From an uncultured virus (IMG/VR IMGVR_UViG_3300028854_000016) (lineage: Duplodnaviria > Heunggongvirae > Uroviricota > Caudoviricetes): 64,000 nucleotides of DNA. Where the stretch lies: the IMG/VR virus record IMGVR_UViG_3300028854_000016, positions 1 through 64,000 of that record; one strand, given 5' to 3'. The notes beneath the pieces are model-generated. The model did no database searches and was not told the origin of the DNA. It saw nothing but the letters and a program-made list of their open reading frames with translations. Below, in pieces: positions 1-8,709 of the stretch. Within the stretch, counting starts at the first letter, position 1. Each line of letters opens with the position of its first letter. The position numbers were made by a program, and so were the translations under genes.

Positions 1-100
1 CCAAGTGCCATAAAGCAAATAATATTGCTTAAAAGGCATTTTTAAGCTCTTTGTTTTGTGTTTGTTACAAATTGTTGATTGCAAAGCACTTATTTTCTTA

Positions 101-129
101 TTGACATTTAACTTGAAAGCGAGTAATAT
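101..129 (+). promoter_or_regulatory. sigma70-type promoter, probably leaderless
   Basis: TTGACA(101-106)-17 nt-TAATAT(124-129), ATG 6 nt downstream at 136. Confidence 0.7.
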
Positions 130-135
130 TTAACT

Positions 136-1512
136 ATGGCAAACACATTAAACAAGAATCAATCTCCAGAAAAGCTTGGTCGTATTACTGATCAACCAAT
201 TCCGCATGAGTTGGCAGTTCGTGTTGCAGACAAGATCACGCAGGCTCGGGTAAGTATGTTGTTCAATCAGCAATTTTTTGGAACAATCGCAATGCGCATG
301 GAACTAATGCCTGCTGATAAATGGTTGCCAACCATGGCAGTTGACGGCAAGTATATGTATTATAATCATAATTTTGTTGATGAATTGTTTCAAGACGAGC
401 TGATTTTTGTGGTATCTCATGAAGTTCTTCATTTGGTTTATGACCATTTGGGAAGAAATGAGTTTCGTGACCGTCAGCTTTACAATATTGCTGCTGATTA
501 TGTCGTGAATGATGAATTGATCTTGGCTAAAGTTGGAAAATTTCCAACTCATAAAATCCAGAAAAAGGACTCTTATGGTTCGATGCGAACAGTCGAAGAG
601 CCAATTGGTTTGCATGATGTAAAATATCGTGACTGGAACAGCGAGAAAGTCTATGACGATCTTTTGCAACAGCAGGAGAAAAATGGCTCTGGCAAGGGTA
701 AAAATTCTGATGGTAGTGGAACTATGAATGGTCAGGGTTTAAGCGAATTGCTTGATAAGTTGCTGGATGAGCATATTTCTCCTGGTGCTGGAAAAGATGG
801 AGAACCGTCAAAGTCTGATGGAAAAGCGAGTGCAGATGGTCCTGCGACATTTGGAGATGAAGAACGCAAGCAATTGAAAGCAGAGTTGACGGACCAGATT
901 GTAAATTTGGCCAAGTCTTGTAATCCTGGAAATTTGCCGTCTGGTGTTCAAAGAATTATTGAACAAATGACAGCACCAAAGATGGATTGGAGAGCATTAT
1001 TGCAGTCCAATCTCGATAGCATTCTTCCTATTGACTATAACTATATGAAAATTAGTAGAAAGAGTACTCATCTCAATGTAATTCTTCCTGGGATTGTCAA
1101 TGATCAGTTGCTGAATATCGCAGTTGCAATTGATATGTCAGGAAGTATTGGAGAGAAAGAAGCTGCTGAATTTTTGAGTGAAATCAATGGAATTATGGGA
1201 CAATACCAATCCTATGAAATTTTGGTTTTTTGTTTTGATACCAAGTGTTATAATCAACAGATATATTCTTCAGATAATGGAGAAAATATTAATACATATG
1301 TTCCAATGGGCGGCGGTGGAACTGATGGTTCCTGCATTTTTGAGTATTTGAAAAATGAAGGAATTGAGCCAATGAAACTTGTGGTTTTCACTGATGGTTA
1401 TGTTGGAAACTGGGGCGATGAATTCTATTGTCCGACAATTTGGTGCATCAAGGGAAGTAAAGAAGTTCCTCCATTTGGACAGGTAGCTTATTTGGATGAT
1501 CAAATGAACTAA
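136..1512 (+). CDS. VWA-domain / zincin metallopeptidase-like protein (DUF2201-type)
   Basis: HEVLH (HExxH) motif, then C-terminal VWA MIDAS motifs DMSGS, GGGGT and VVFTDGY. Confidence 0.85.
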   Translation: MANTLNKNQSPEKLGRITDQPIPHELAVRVADKITQARVSMLFNQQFFGTIAMRMELMPADKWLPTMAVDGKYMYYNHNFVDELFQDELIFVVSHEVLHLVYDHLGRNEFRDRQLYNIAADYVVNDELILAKVGKFPTHKIQKKDSYGSMRTVEEPIGLHDVKYRDWNSEKVYDDLLQQQEKNGSGKGKNSDGSGTMNGQGLSELLDKLLDEHISPGAGKDGEPSKSDGKASADGPATFGDEERKQLKAELTDQIVNLAKSCNPGNLPSGVQRIIEQMTAPKMDWRALLQSNLDSILPIDYNYMKISRKSTHLNVILPGIVNDQLLNIAVAIDMSGSIGEKEAAEFLSEINGIMGQYQSYEILVFCFDTKCYNQQIYSSDNGENINTYVPMGGGGTDGSCIFEYLKNEGIEPMKLVVFTDGYVGNWGDEFYCPTIWCIKGSKEVPPFGQVAYLDDQMN

Positions 1513-1530
1513 TTTTTGAAATATTGAATT

Positions 1531-1575
1531 AGAAATAAAAAATCCACTCTAAATTAGAGTGGATTTTTTATTTCT
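1531..1575. terminator. bidirectional intrinsic terminator
   Basis: agaaataaaaaatccactct-aaatt-agagtggattttttatttct inverted repeat between convergent genes. Confidence 0.8.
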
Positions 1576-1877
1576 TGGTTGTGTAATAAGGCAGAAAACA
1601 TTTTAGCTTTAATTTTTCCTTCAAACATTTTGGTAAGTAGATGATGGCAAATAAAATGTTCTTTGGCAGTAAGAAAAACTTGATTTTCTTTTATTTTGGG
1701 ATGTACTAATCCGAAAGATTTTGGAATTATGTGATGAGACTCGATATAGCCAAGTGTGGATTTGACAATTTTTTTATTTGTTCCACGAAAAATTGCTTTA
1801 GAACAAATATTGATATAAATTTTAGTATATTTGTTAAATATAGCAATATTTTGAATTTGAGATATATAAATAGACAT
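1554..1877 (-). CDS. HNH homing endonuclease, probably C-terminally truncated
   Basis: ESHHIIPKSFG...NQVFLTAKEHFICHHLL HNH motif; ORF ends inside the terminator. Confidence 0.7.
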   Translation of the reverse strand: MSIYISQIQNIAIFNKYTKIYINICSKAIFRGTNKKIVKSTLGYIESHHIIPKSFGLVHPKIKENQVFLTAKEHFICHHLLTKMFEGKIKAKMFSALLHNQEIKNPL

Positions 1878-1934
1878 ATGCTGGTGTCCTATGAGACATT
1901 AGAATTGGTGGGTGATCTTAACACCGCGACCAAT
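1878..1934 (-). ncRNA. structured endonuclease-gene leader motif, copy 1
   Basis: attggt-cgc-ggtg-loop-cacc-c-accaat-tctaa-tgtc-loop-gaca-ccagc-at-ATG; same architecture at 28753-28814 and 40183-40241. Confidence 0.65.
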
Positions 1935-2026
1935 AATATTTATCTTGACAAAATATAATTTATGCTCTAATATTAAAGATATACAAGTTTAGAAAAGATA
2001 AATAAACACAGGAGAAACAAAACAAT

Positions 2027-2635
2027 ATGAGCAATAATATTTGCAAGCACGTTGGATTACATAATGCCAAGAAAATTTTAATTTTATGGAATAAAGTTCC
2101 TGGAGAATCTCATATGGCATTGGTTCTATTCGCTGATAAGATTCCCGCAGCATATTCTGAATTGGTTCATAAAACATTGGTAAGTGAAGCTGGGCAAAAA
2201 GCAAAAAATTTCGCAGATGCATTGAATGAAGTAAAGTTGCCTGACGGAAGAAATTTACTTAATGCTTTGCACACTGAATCGCATATTAAAAAAGTTCAAA
2301 CGAATCAGACATTTGTTACACCTGACTCAATTAACAAGATTAAGTTAAATGAACTCAATGATATGATGGATAAAATTGAAGAAGGCGGGGATGCTAAGAA
2401 AAAATTAGAAGATTTAGATTTATATAAAGGAATGAATAAAAGAAAACGACGAAATGGGCTGTCAACCACTCCCAGTGATTTAGATATTTCTGATAAAAAG
2501 ATGGTGGTAGCCTTGCAAGAGCAAGTCAAGCAATTGACTGGTGCTGTAGAAGCATTACTTGTTGAAGTTAGACAATTGAAAGGGGACAGATCAGAACCTG
2601 CTTCAGTTGCTCCCAAAACACGAAAAATAATTTAA
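2027..2635 (+). CDS. hypothetical phage protein
   Basis: 202-aa ORF with AGGAG SD and upstream ATAAATA; terminator follows. Confidence 0.75.
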   Translation: MSNNICKHVGLHNAKKILILWNKVPGESHMALVLFADKIPAAYSELVHKTLVSEAGQKAKNFADALNEVKLPDGRNLLNALHTESHIKKVQTNQTFVTPDSINKIKLNELNDMMDKIEEGGDAKKKLEDLDLYKGMNKRKRRNGLSTTPSDLDISDKKMVVALQEQVKQLTGAVEALLVEVRQLKGDRSEPASVAPKTRKII

Positions 2636-2644
2636 GCACAAATT

Positions 2645-2676
2645 AAAAAAGCCCAGCAAATTTGCTGGGCTTTTTA
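2645..2676. terminator. bidirectional intrinsic terminator
   Basis: taaaaaagcccagc-aaattt-gctgggctttttta. Confidence 0.8.
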
Positions 2677-2677
2677 T

Positions 2678-3700
2678 TTAAATTATTGGCATTCCAAATT
2701 TTTTACTAGTTTCTATGTTTTCTTGAATGATTTTAGATATAGATTCCCTCTCAAAAGCTGTAAGATAATAAGCTTCAGAATATGAAATACTCCCACGCAT
2801 ATACCATATTAACTTTAATAACTCAGCCTTAATATTTTTTGTTTCTGAATTCATCTTTTCAAGCATTTCAATAATTTCAGATTCAAACGCAGTGATAAGT
2901 TTATTTCTAAATTGAGTACAAAAATCTAAATCAATTGGCACTGATAATTGTTCTTGACATTTGGAACAAGTTATTTCTACATTTGGCAAATAGCATTGCT
3001 TAATTGATTCTGCAATATAACTACTAATTTCATTTTGAGATTGAATATCAAGTTGTTTGAACCATTCTTGAATATGATATTGAGAAGTAACTGTATTATT
3101 TGATTTAGAAATAATAATTTTATTTATAGATTGTGAATGAAATGAGTACAATAAATTTTTTTGTTGTGCAATTAATGAAATTAATATTTCTTCATATCCT
3201 TCTATTGAATTTAATTTGGATATTTGATAAATTTGTTTTCTTAATTTAAAATCAGCAATTGAAAATATATTGAATTGTTTATATGTTGGTGGACTAAAAT
3301 ATATAATTAGATCATTCATTATTAATGGAGTAAACCACTTGTTGGCTGATAAAGAATTTATATATGAAGATAAATTAATTTCGTAAGGATCTTGAAAAGA
3401 ACATTTGGGACAAGTAATTAATAATTCAACTTTCATACCAGTTGTTGCAATTTTTATATTTGCCAATATTTGTTGAATATCACAAATTAACAAATTTTCA
3501 GGCTCAATAATTTCAGGACAGCAATTTTTAATTATTTCTTCAGTTGCTTTTCCAGACAATAAAGCGTCTGGTGTTCTTAAAGTAAATTCATCCAATATAA
3601 CCATCGAGTGAACAGAAATTTGCTTAGTGTTTCCAGTTATGGAATCACTAAGCAAATTTGTATAAAGTTTTGGTCGATTAAATGATATTTTGTTTTGCAT
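2678..3700 (-). CDS. baseplate hub assembly protein (T4 gp26/gp51-like)
   Basis: TPDALLSGKA..IKNCCP, CPKC and CSKC zinc motifs, C-terminal WYMRGSISYSEAY gp51-like segment. Confidence 0.65.
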   Translation of the reverse strand: MQNKISFNRPKLYTNLLSDSITGNTKQISVHSMVILDEFTLRTPDALLSGKATEEIIKNCCPEIIEPENLLICDIQQILANIKIATTGMKVELLITCPKCSFQDPYEINLSSYINSLSANKWFTPLIMNDLIIYFSPPTYKQFNIFSIADFKLRKQIYQISKLNSIEGYEEILISLIAQQKNLLYSFHSQSINKIIISKSNNTVTSQYHIQEWFKQLDIQSQNEISSYIAESIKQCYLPNVEITCSKCQEQLSVPIDLDFCTQFRNKLITAFESEIIEMLEKMNSETKNIKAELLKLIWYMRGSISYSEAYYLTAFERESISKIIQENIETSKKFGMPII

Positions 3701-4634
3701 TTTGCTCTGGAAGAAATGAAGATCCCATAAATGTTATTTCAGCTTGCCATTCAGGTGGCGCACCAGCTTTTAATTCGTCTAAGGTGCTATGTTGAAGTGG
3801 TATTGAAAAAGCATATTTTTTTCTTTGTGCTTCCAAATGATCACGAATAGCATTAAAAAATTCAATATCCATTCCACGAATAATTTGATTAATTTGCTTT
3901 TCATCTTGAGGAGTGGAAGATGTGAGAGAAACAATTGTGTTATTATTGGAATCAATTAGTTCAAGAGTTTTAATACTGTCACATACTAAATTTATTGCAG
4001 TATTGGATAATTGATTTATACTATCAGTGAATAATTTTTCATCTTTAATATTTTCATTTGAATCAAAATTTTTTGTTAATGCTTTTTTCTGCTGGCTAAT
4101 ATCTTTAGAAATATTAAATAAATATTTTAGTGAAATTGGATAAATTGTAAGTGATATTTTTTGCCCATCTTCGCTTTCTATGATAATAGAATCATCCCAT
4201 TTATCTTTTCGTGATAAAAGTTCACACAAAAAAGTTGTTAATGATATTTTAAGTGTTCTTACTAATTTAGTATTTGGTACTGAGACATTTAATTCAAAAT
4301 CATCTCCATAACTGGCCAATCTTATAGCTAACAAAATAGTATCTACATCAATATTTGGTATATTTTCAGGATTCAATATTCCAGGTAGGCATTCTTTGAT
4401 TAGATCATATGTAGATTTTCCAGAAAGACTAATATCTCCTGCCCTAAATTTTATATCAGCATCAGCAGTCATGGCAAATACTGACAAACTTCCATCTTTA
4501 TCTAAAGATAGACTATTTTCTGGATACCATTGTCCTTTGCTTGGAAGAAATAATGATAATTTCTTTTTTCTAAAAAAAGAAGTAAGCGGATTTATTTCTG
4601 GAGTTTCATTATTTGATGAAGTAATTGTTTTCAT
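3678..4634 (-). CDS. baseplate hub subunit (T4 gp26-like), paralogue of the adjacent gene
   Basis: NPLTSFFRKKK..LPSKGQWY, IKECLP, DVDTILLAIRLASYG. Confidence 0.7.
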   Translation of the reverse strand: MKTITSSNNETPEINPLTSFFRKKKLSLFLPSKGQWYPENSLSLDKDGSLSVFAMTADADIKFRAGDISLSGKSTYDLIKECLPGILNPENIPNIDVDTILLAIRLASYGDDFELNVSVPNTKLVRTLKISLTTFLCELLSRKDKWDDSIIIESEDGQKISLTIYPISLKYLFNISKDISQQKKALTKNFDSNENIKDEKLFTDSINQLSNTAINLVCDSIKTLELIDSNNNTIVSLTSSTPQDEKQINQIIRGMDIEFFNAIRDHLEAQRKKYAFSIPLQHSTLDELKAGAPPEWQAEITFMGSSFLPEQNAKQNII

Positions 4635-4698
4635 TGTAAACCTCTGAAGTATTTATGTGAGCTAAATACATAAGAATATAATTTTTTAATGGTGATAA

Positions 4699-6828
4699 AT
4701 GGCAACAGTAAGAATAGTTTCTAAGGGCAATACGCTGGATGGGTCAGAACTCGACAATATTGCGTCTGAGGAGACACTGTTAGCATTGCTTGAGCAATTG
4801 AAAATTATTAATGGCGGAGCTTCAGAAATTAAAAAAGAATCAACAAAAACAAAAACAAATACTGATAAGCATTTTGACTTACTGGGGAAAGTAATTGGTA
4901 AAAATAAAGCAGATACAGTTCAACACATATTTAATGCAATTAAAGGAGTTGGGGCTGGCGAGGCTGGTAGTGCGGGTGGCTTGATAGCTAAAATTGCTCC
5001 AGAATTGGCTGTTATGACTGCTTTTATTGCTGTATTGGACGTAGCAAAAAATACATTTTTTGGATTAGTTAATACTTCAGCATTATTGGTTAAATCATTT
5101 GTTGATGGCCAGTCATCGTTGTCTGATTATACCAAAGCTTTAGCAGCAGGAACACAGCATATTTTGATTATTGGCACATTGGTTGGTCTTTTTTCTAAAG
5201 GAATAGAAATTATTGATTCTTGGAATAATAAGTTATATGAACTTAACACTGTTGGTGCTGGATTTAATAATAGTCTTATTGAAATGAGACAGCGTGCGGC
5301 TGATGCTGGCTTATCGTTAGAAGATTACTCCAAAATAATTATCGCAAACAAAGATAATTTTGCTACTTTTGGTTCCATAATGAATGGAGTTAATACTTAT
5401 AATAAAATAGCCACTATTTCTATGAGAGATTATACAGATCAATTAGCTAATATGGGTATTTCTTTATCGCAGTATCAAGAAGAGTTACCAGGGGTATTAT
5501 CTCTTTTCGGGGCATCTATGAAAGCTCATGGGGCAAGTGATAAACAATTAGCTTCTAGCGCCATTGAATTGACCAGTCAATTTGATGCAATGGCAAAATT
5601 AACAGGAAAAACTCGTGAACAGCAAGTGGCTGATATGCAAAAATTAACTGCTGACGCTGCTTGGAAATTAAAATTATCTGAAATGAGCGATTCAGAAAGA
5701 ACACAAGAACTTGCAGCATTAAATGAAGTAAATTCAACAATGGGAGCAACTGCTGCTGAATTATACAAAATGAAAGTTCTTGGTATTGTTCCATTAGGGA
5801 AAGAAATGCAAATATTAATGGCAACTGTTCCTGGATTAGATAGACAATTTACAGAAATGTCTCAATTAGCAGCACAAGGAAAACTTCTTCCTGGAGAAAT
5901 GGATAGAAGAATTGCTGAAATGGTTGGTTCAGGCTTACGCGCTGGTAAAGGATTGGAACAAATTCTTAAAGCAGCCACATCAGGTATCGGAGGAACACCA
6001 GAAACTATTGCAAAGATTCAAAGTGAATTAATGGCTAATAGCCAATCATTTCTTGATAAAAATGGTGTTTTTAATGAAGAATTATTTAGACAAAATCTTG
6101 CAACTGTAAGAGCACAAGCTGATAAAGAAGATGGAATTCGCAAATCATTGGCTGAGTGGAATTCATCAGTTAAACTATTGCAAGATTTTTTCTTTCAAAA
6201 AATATTACAACCAATAATGTATAAACTTGCCCCAATTATATCGAATATAGTTAAAAAATTTGAAGCCAAGCAAGGATCTTTACAAGGATTGATAGATGGA
6301 GTAGTTAATATTGTTGTTGGATTTGTTGGTATTGTTGGAAGTATTGTATCATTCGTAATGAATAATTGGGGGTTGATTAAAATTATTTTTGATGTATTGT
6401 TGGTTTTGGGTGTAGCATTCTTAGGAGCGGTTATTGGCATAACACTGGCTGCTGTAGGATTGAGTATAGCTCTTGCGCCTGCTGCACTAATAACTGGTGC
6501 TCTTCTTGGCGGGTTAGTTGCATTAGTTGCATTGTTGGCGTCTATCGGGCTTATTAGTATGCCAACATTACCATCAGTTGCAGGGATTACTAGCGCAAAA
6601 ATTCCATCAATGCCAAAGCTATCTTCAATGGAAAATGCTACTTCAGAAAATACATCAGTTTTTCAACCACCAACTAATGTTCAATCAATAACAAGTGAAA
6701 ACTCTTCATCAACTATAGGATCAAAATTGGATGATCATTATGCCATTTTACAACAAATAAGAGATTCAATACAACAAACAGCAAATAATACTCATAAATT
6801 ACATCAAATAACTGTGGCTGGCCAATAA
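4699..6828 (+). CDS. tape-measure-like / baseplate hub protein
   Basis: 709 aa, Ala/Leu-rich helical, long hydrophobic stretch near the C-terminus, divergent from the hub genes. Confidence 0.55.
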   Translation: MATVRIVSKGNTLDGSELDNIASEETLLALLEQLKIINGGASEIKKESTKTKTNTDKHFDLLGKVIGKNKADTVQHIFNAIKGVGAGEAGSAGGLIAKIAPELAVMTAFIAVLDVAKNTFFGLVNTSALLVKSFVDGQSSLSDYTKALAAGTQHILIIGTLVGLFSKGIEIIDSWNNKLYELNTVGAGFNNSLIEMRQRAADAGLSLEDYSKIIIANKDNFATFGSIMNGVNTYNKIATISMRDYTDQLANMGISLSQYQEELPGVLSLFGASMKAHGASDKQLASSAIELTSQFDAMAKLTGKTREQQVADMQKLTADAAWKLKLSEMSDSERTQELAALNEVNSTMGATAAELYKMKVLGIVPLGKEMQILMATVPGLDRQFTEMSQLAAQGKLLPGEMDRRIAEMVGSGLRAGKGLEQILKAATSGIGGTPETIAKIQSELMANSQSFLDKNGVFNEELFRQNLATVRAQADKEDGIRKSLAEWNSSVKLLQDFFFQKILQPIMYKLAPIISNIVKKFEAKQGSLQGLIDGVVNIVVGFVGIVGSIVSFVMNNWGLIKIIFDVLLVLGVAFLGAVIGITLAAVGLSIALAPAALITGALLGGLVALVALLASIGLISMPTLPSVAGITSAKIPSMPKLSSMENATSENTSVFQPPTNVQSITSENSSSTIGSKLDDHYAILQQIRDSIQQTANNTHKLHQITVAGQ

Positions 6829-7535
6829 TGAAGATATGTGAACTTAGATTTAGTTTCAATTCAACCACCAAAAAATATATGTTTGGTGATTTGAAAAAAC
6901 AATGGGATTTTATGGAAATTGCTCCCATAACTATCGGAAAAATTGGTGGATATAATTTGTTTTTAAAAAGAGAAAAAAATAACGAATTAATTCAAGTATT
7001 AGATACTATAAATGATAAGGACGCTGGATATATATCATTCATAATTAAAGGAAAAGCACATTCTATAAGCGAAACTGCATTTGATAATCTATATTTGGGG
7101 CTAGGGTTGGCTACTACAGTTTATGCATTTCTTATTCTAAAAAAGAATTATATTCTATGGAGCGAAGATGCTCAGACAAAAGGTGGAAAATCTATTTGGG
7201 ATAAGTTAGCAAAAGTTAATGGAATTACTGTGTTTGCTTGGGATAAGAAAAATAAAGAAGCAATAAGCCTTGATAAAAATGATTTAAATAGTGATGTTGA
7301 GATATATGACATTGATGTTGAATGGGATAAAAGTAAATATGCTAAATTATGGAAAGAATTCAATACATATTTTTATACAATTGCAAAATTGAAGAAAATG
7401 AAAAAATTATCTCCAAATATTCTTGAGCTTCAAAAGAAAATGATGGCAGTTTATCGAAAAATGCAAAATATTAGAAAAGAAGAATTAAATATAGAAAATA
7501 ATATGACATTAGTTGCTCAAAAGAGGATAAGATAA
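6828..7535 (+). CDS. hypothetical protein, possible GNAT-like fold
   Basis: YLGLGLATTVY resembles an acetyl-CoA loop; SEDAQTKGGKSIWDKL resembles SDNQITEKGFNVWERL in 33249-33881. Confidence 0.45.
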   Translation: MKICELRFSFNSTTKKYMFGDLKKQWDFMEIAPITIGKIGGYNLFLKREKNNELIQVLDTINDKDAGYISFIIKGKAHSISETAFDNLYLGLGLATTVYAFLILKKNYILWSEDAQTKGGKSIWDKLAKVNGITVFAWDKKNKEAISLDKNDLNSDVEIYDIDVEWDKSKYAKLWKEFNTYFYTIAKLKKMKKLSPNILELQKKMMAVYRKMQNIRKEELNIENNMTLVAQKRIR

Positions 7536-7543
7536 ATATTGGA

Positions 7544-8707
7544 ATGAAAGAAGTTATTGAAGCATACAATTATGCAAAAGAAAATAAGATTTCTTTAAGA
7601 AAAACTTCAATTGAATTAAGAAAAAATCCAATTGTGTTAGACTGGATAGATACACATTGCGATCCAAAACTTAATAAGAGACAACATGCCAAAAAATTGT
7701 ATTCAGCAGTTCATAATGGATTTTCATTTATTTGCATACATGGATTTGAATTTGGAATATCTGAATATATTGAGTTGAAATTTCCAAATAATATGAAAAA
7801 TGGATGTTGTTCATGTTATGAAGCATATATAAAATCAGATTATATGATTAAAAAAGTAGTTAATTCAAATAAGTTACAGAAGCAAACAAAGATAAAAAAA
7901 TATGGCGAATCATATGCTAAAGTTATTTCTAAAAAATGCATTAAAACTAATTTAAAGAAATATGGGGTTGAGTGGTCATCTCAAAATGAAGATATTCATA
8001 TGAAGTCGAAGCAAACTTGCAGAGAAAGATATGGAGCAGAGTTTCCATTGCAGTGCAATGATATTAAAGATAAAATGAAAATCGATTCTTTACAAATATA
8101 TGGAGTTGAATATCCAATGCAAAGCAATGTTGTTAAACAACATGTAATTGAAAATAATATTAAAGAACATGGGTGCCATCCTACACAATTGCATATCGAT
8201 GAAAAAGTAAGAGAAATTCTACAAAATAAAAATAAATTTTCAACATTATTGCAAGTTAATTCAGTTCATTCTTTGGCTAAACAGTTCAAAGTTAGTGATT
8301 ATTTAATTTTAAAAACACATAATAATTTTAAGCTTGATATTATCAAATCCAATTTAAGTTTATATGAAAATGAAATAGCGAATTGGTTACAAAGTATAAA
8401 TTTAATATTTAAACGAAAAGATAGAAAACATATTGGCAGAAAAGAATTAGATTTTTATTTTCCAGATTATCAATTTGCCATTGAATTCCAAGGAACTTTT
8501 TGGCATGGGCATGAAAGTTTATTTAAAGAAACAGATATTCACCCTATTTCTGGGAAATTAATTAAAGATATAAGAGAAGCAGATAACTTAAAAGCAAAAT
8601 TATGTGAAGAAAAAGAGATCGATTTATTTTGTATATGGGAACATGAGTGGAAACTAAATAAAGAAGAGATCAAGAAGCAAATTCTTGTCAAATTAGGATT
8701 GGTGTAA
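7544..8707 (+). CDS. free-standing homing endonuclease (KYGV repeats plus Vsr/PD-(D/E)XK-like C-terminal domain)
   Basis: KYGVEWSSQ-type repeats; ELDFYFPDYQFAIEFQGTFWHG...IWEHEW. Confidence 0.75.
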   Translation: MKEVIEAYNYAKENKISLRKTSIELRKNPIVLDWIDTHCDPKLNKRQHAKKLYSAVHNGFSFICIHGFEFGISEYIELKFPNNMKNGCCSCYEAYIKSDYMIKKVVNSNKLQKQTKIKKYGESYAKVISKKCIKTNLKKYGVEWSSQNEDIHMKSKQTCRERYGAEFPLQCNDIKDKMKIDSLQIYGVEYPMQSNVVKQHVIENNIKEHGCHPTQLHIDEKVREILQNKNKFSTLLQVNSVHSLAKQFKVSDYLILKTHNNFKLDIIKSNLSLYENEIANWLQSINLIFKRKDRKHIGRKELDFYFPDYQFAIEFQGTFWHGHESLFKETDIHPISGKLIKDIREADNLKAKLCEEKEIDLFCIWEHEWKLNKEEIKKQILVKLGLV

Positions 8708-8709
8708 TT

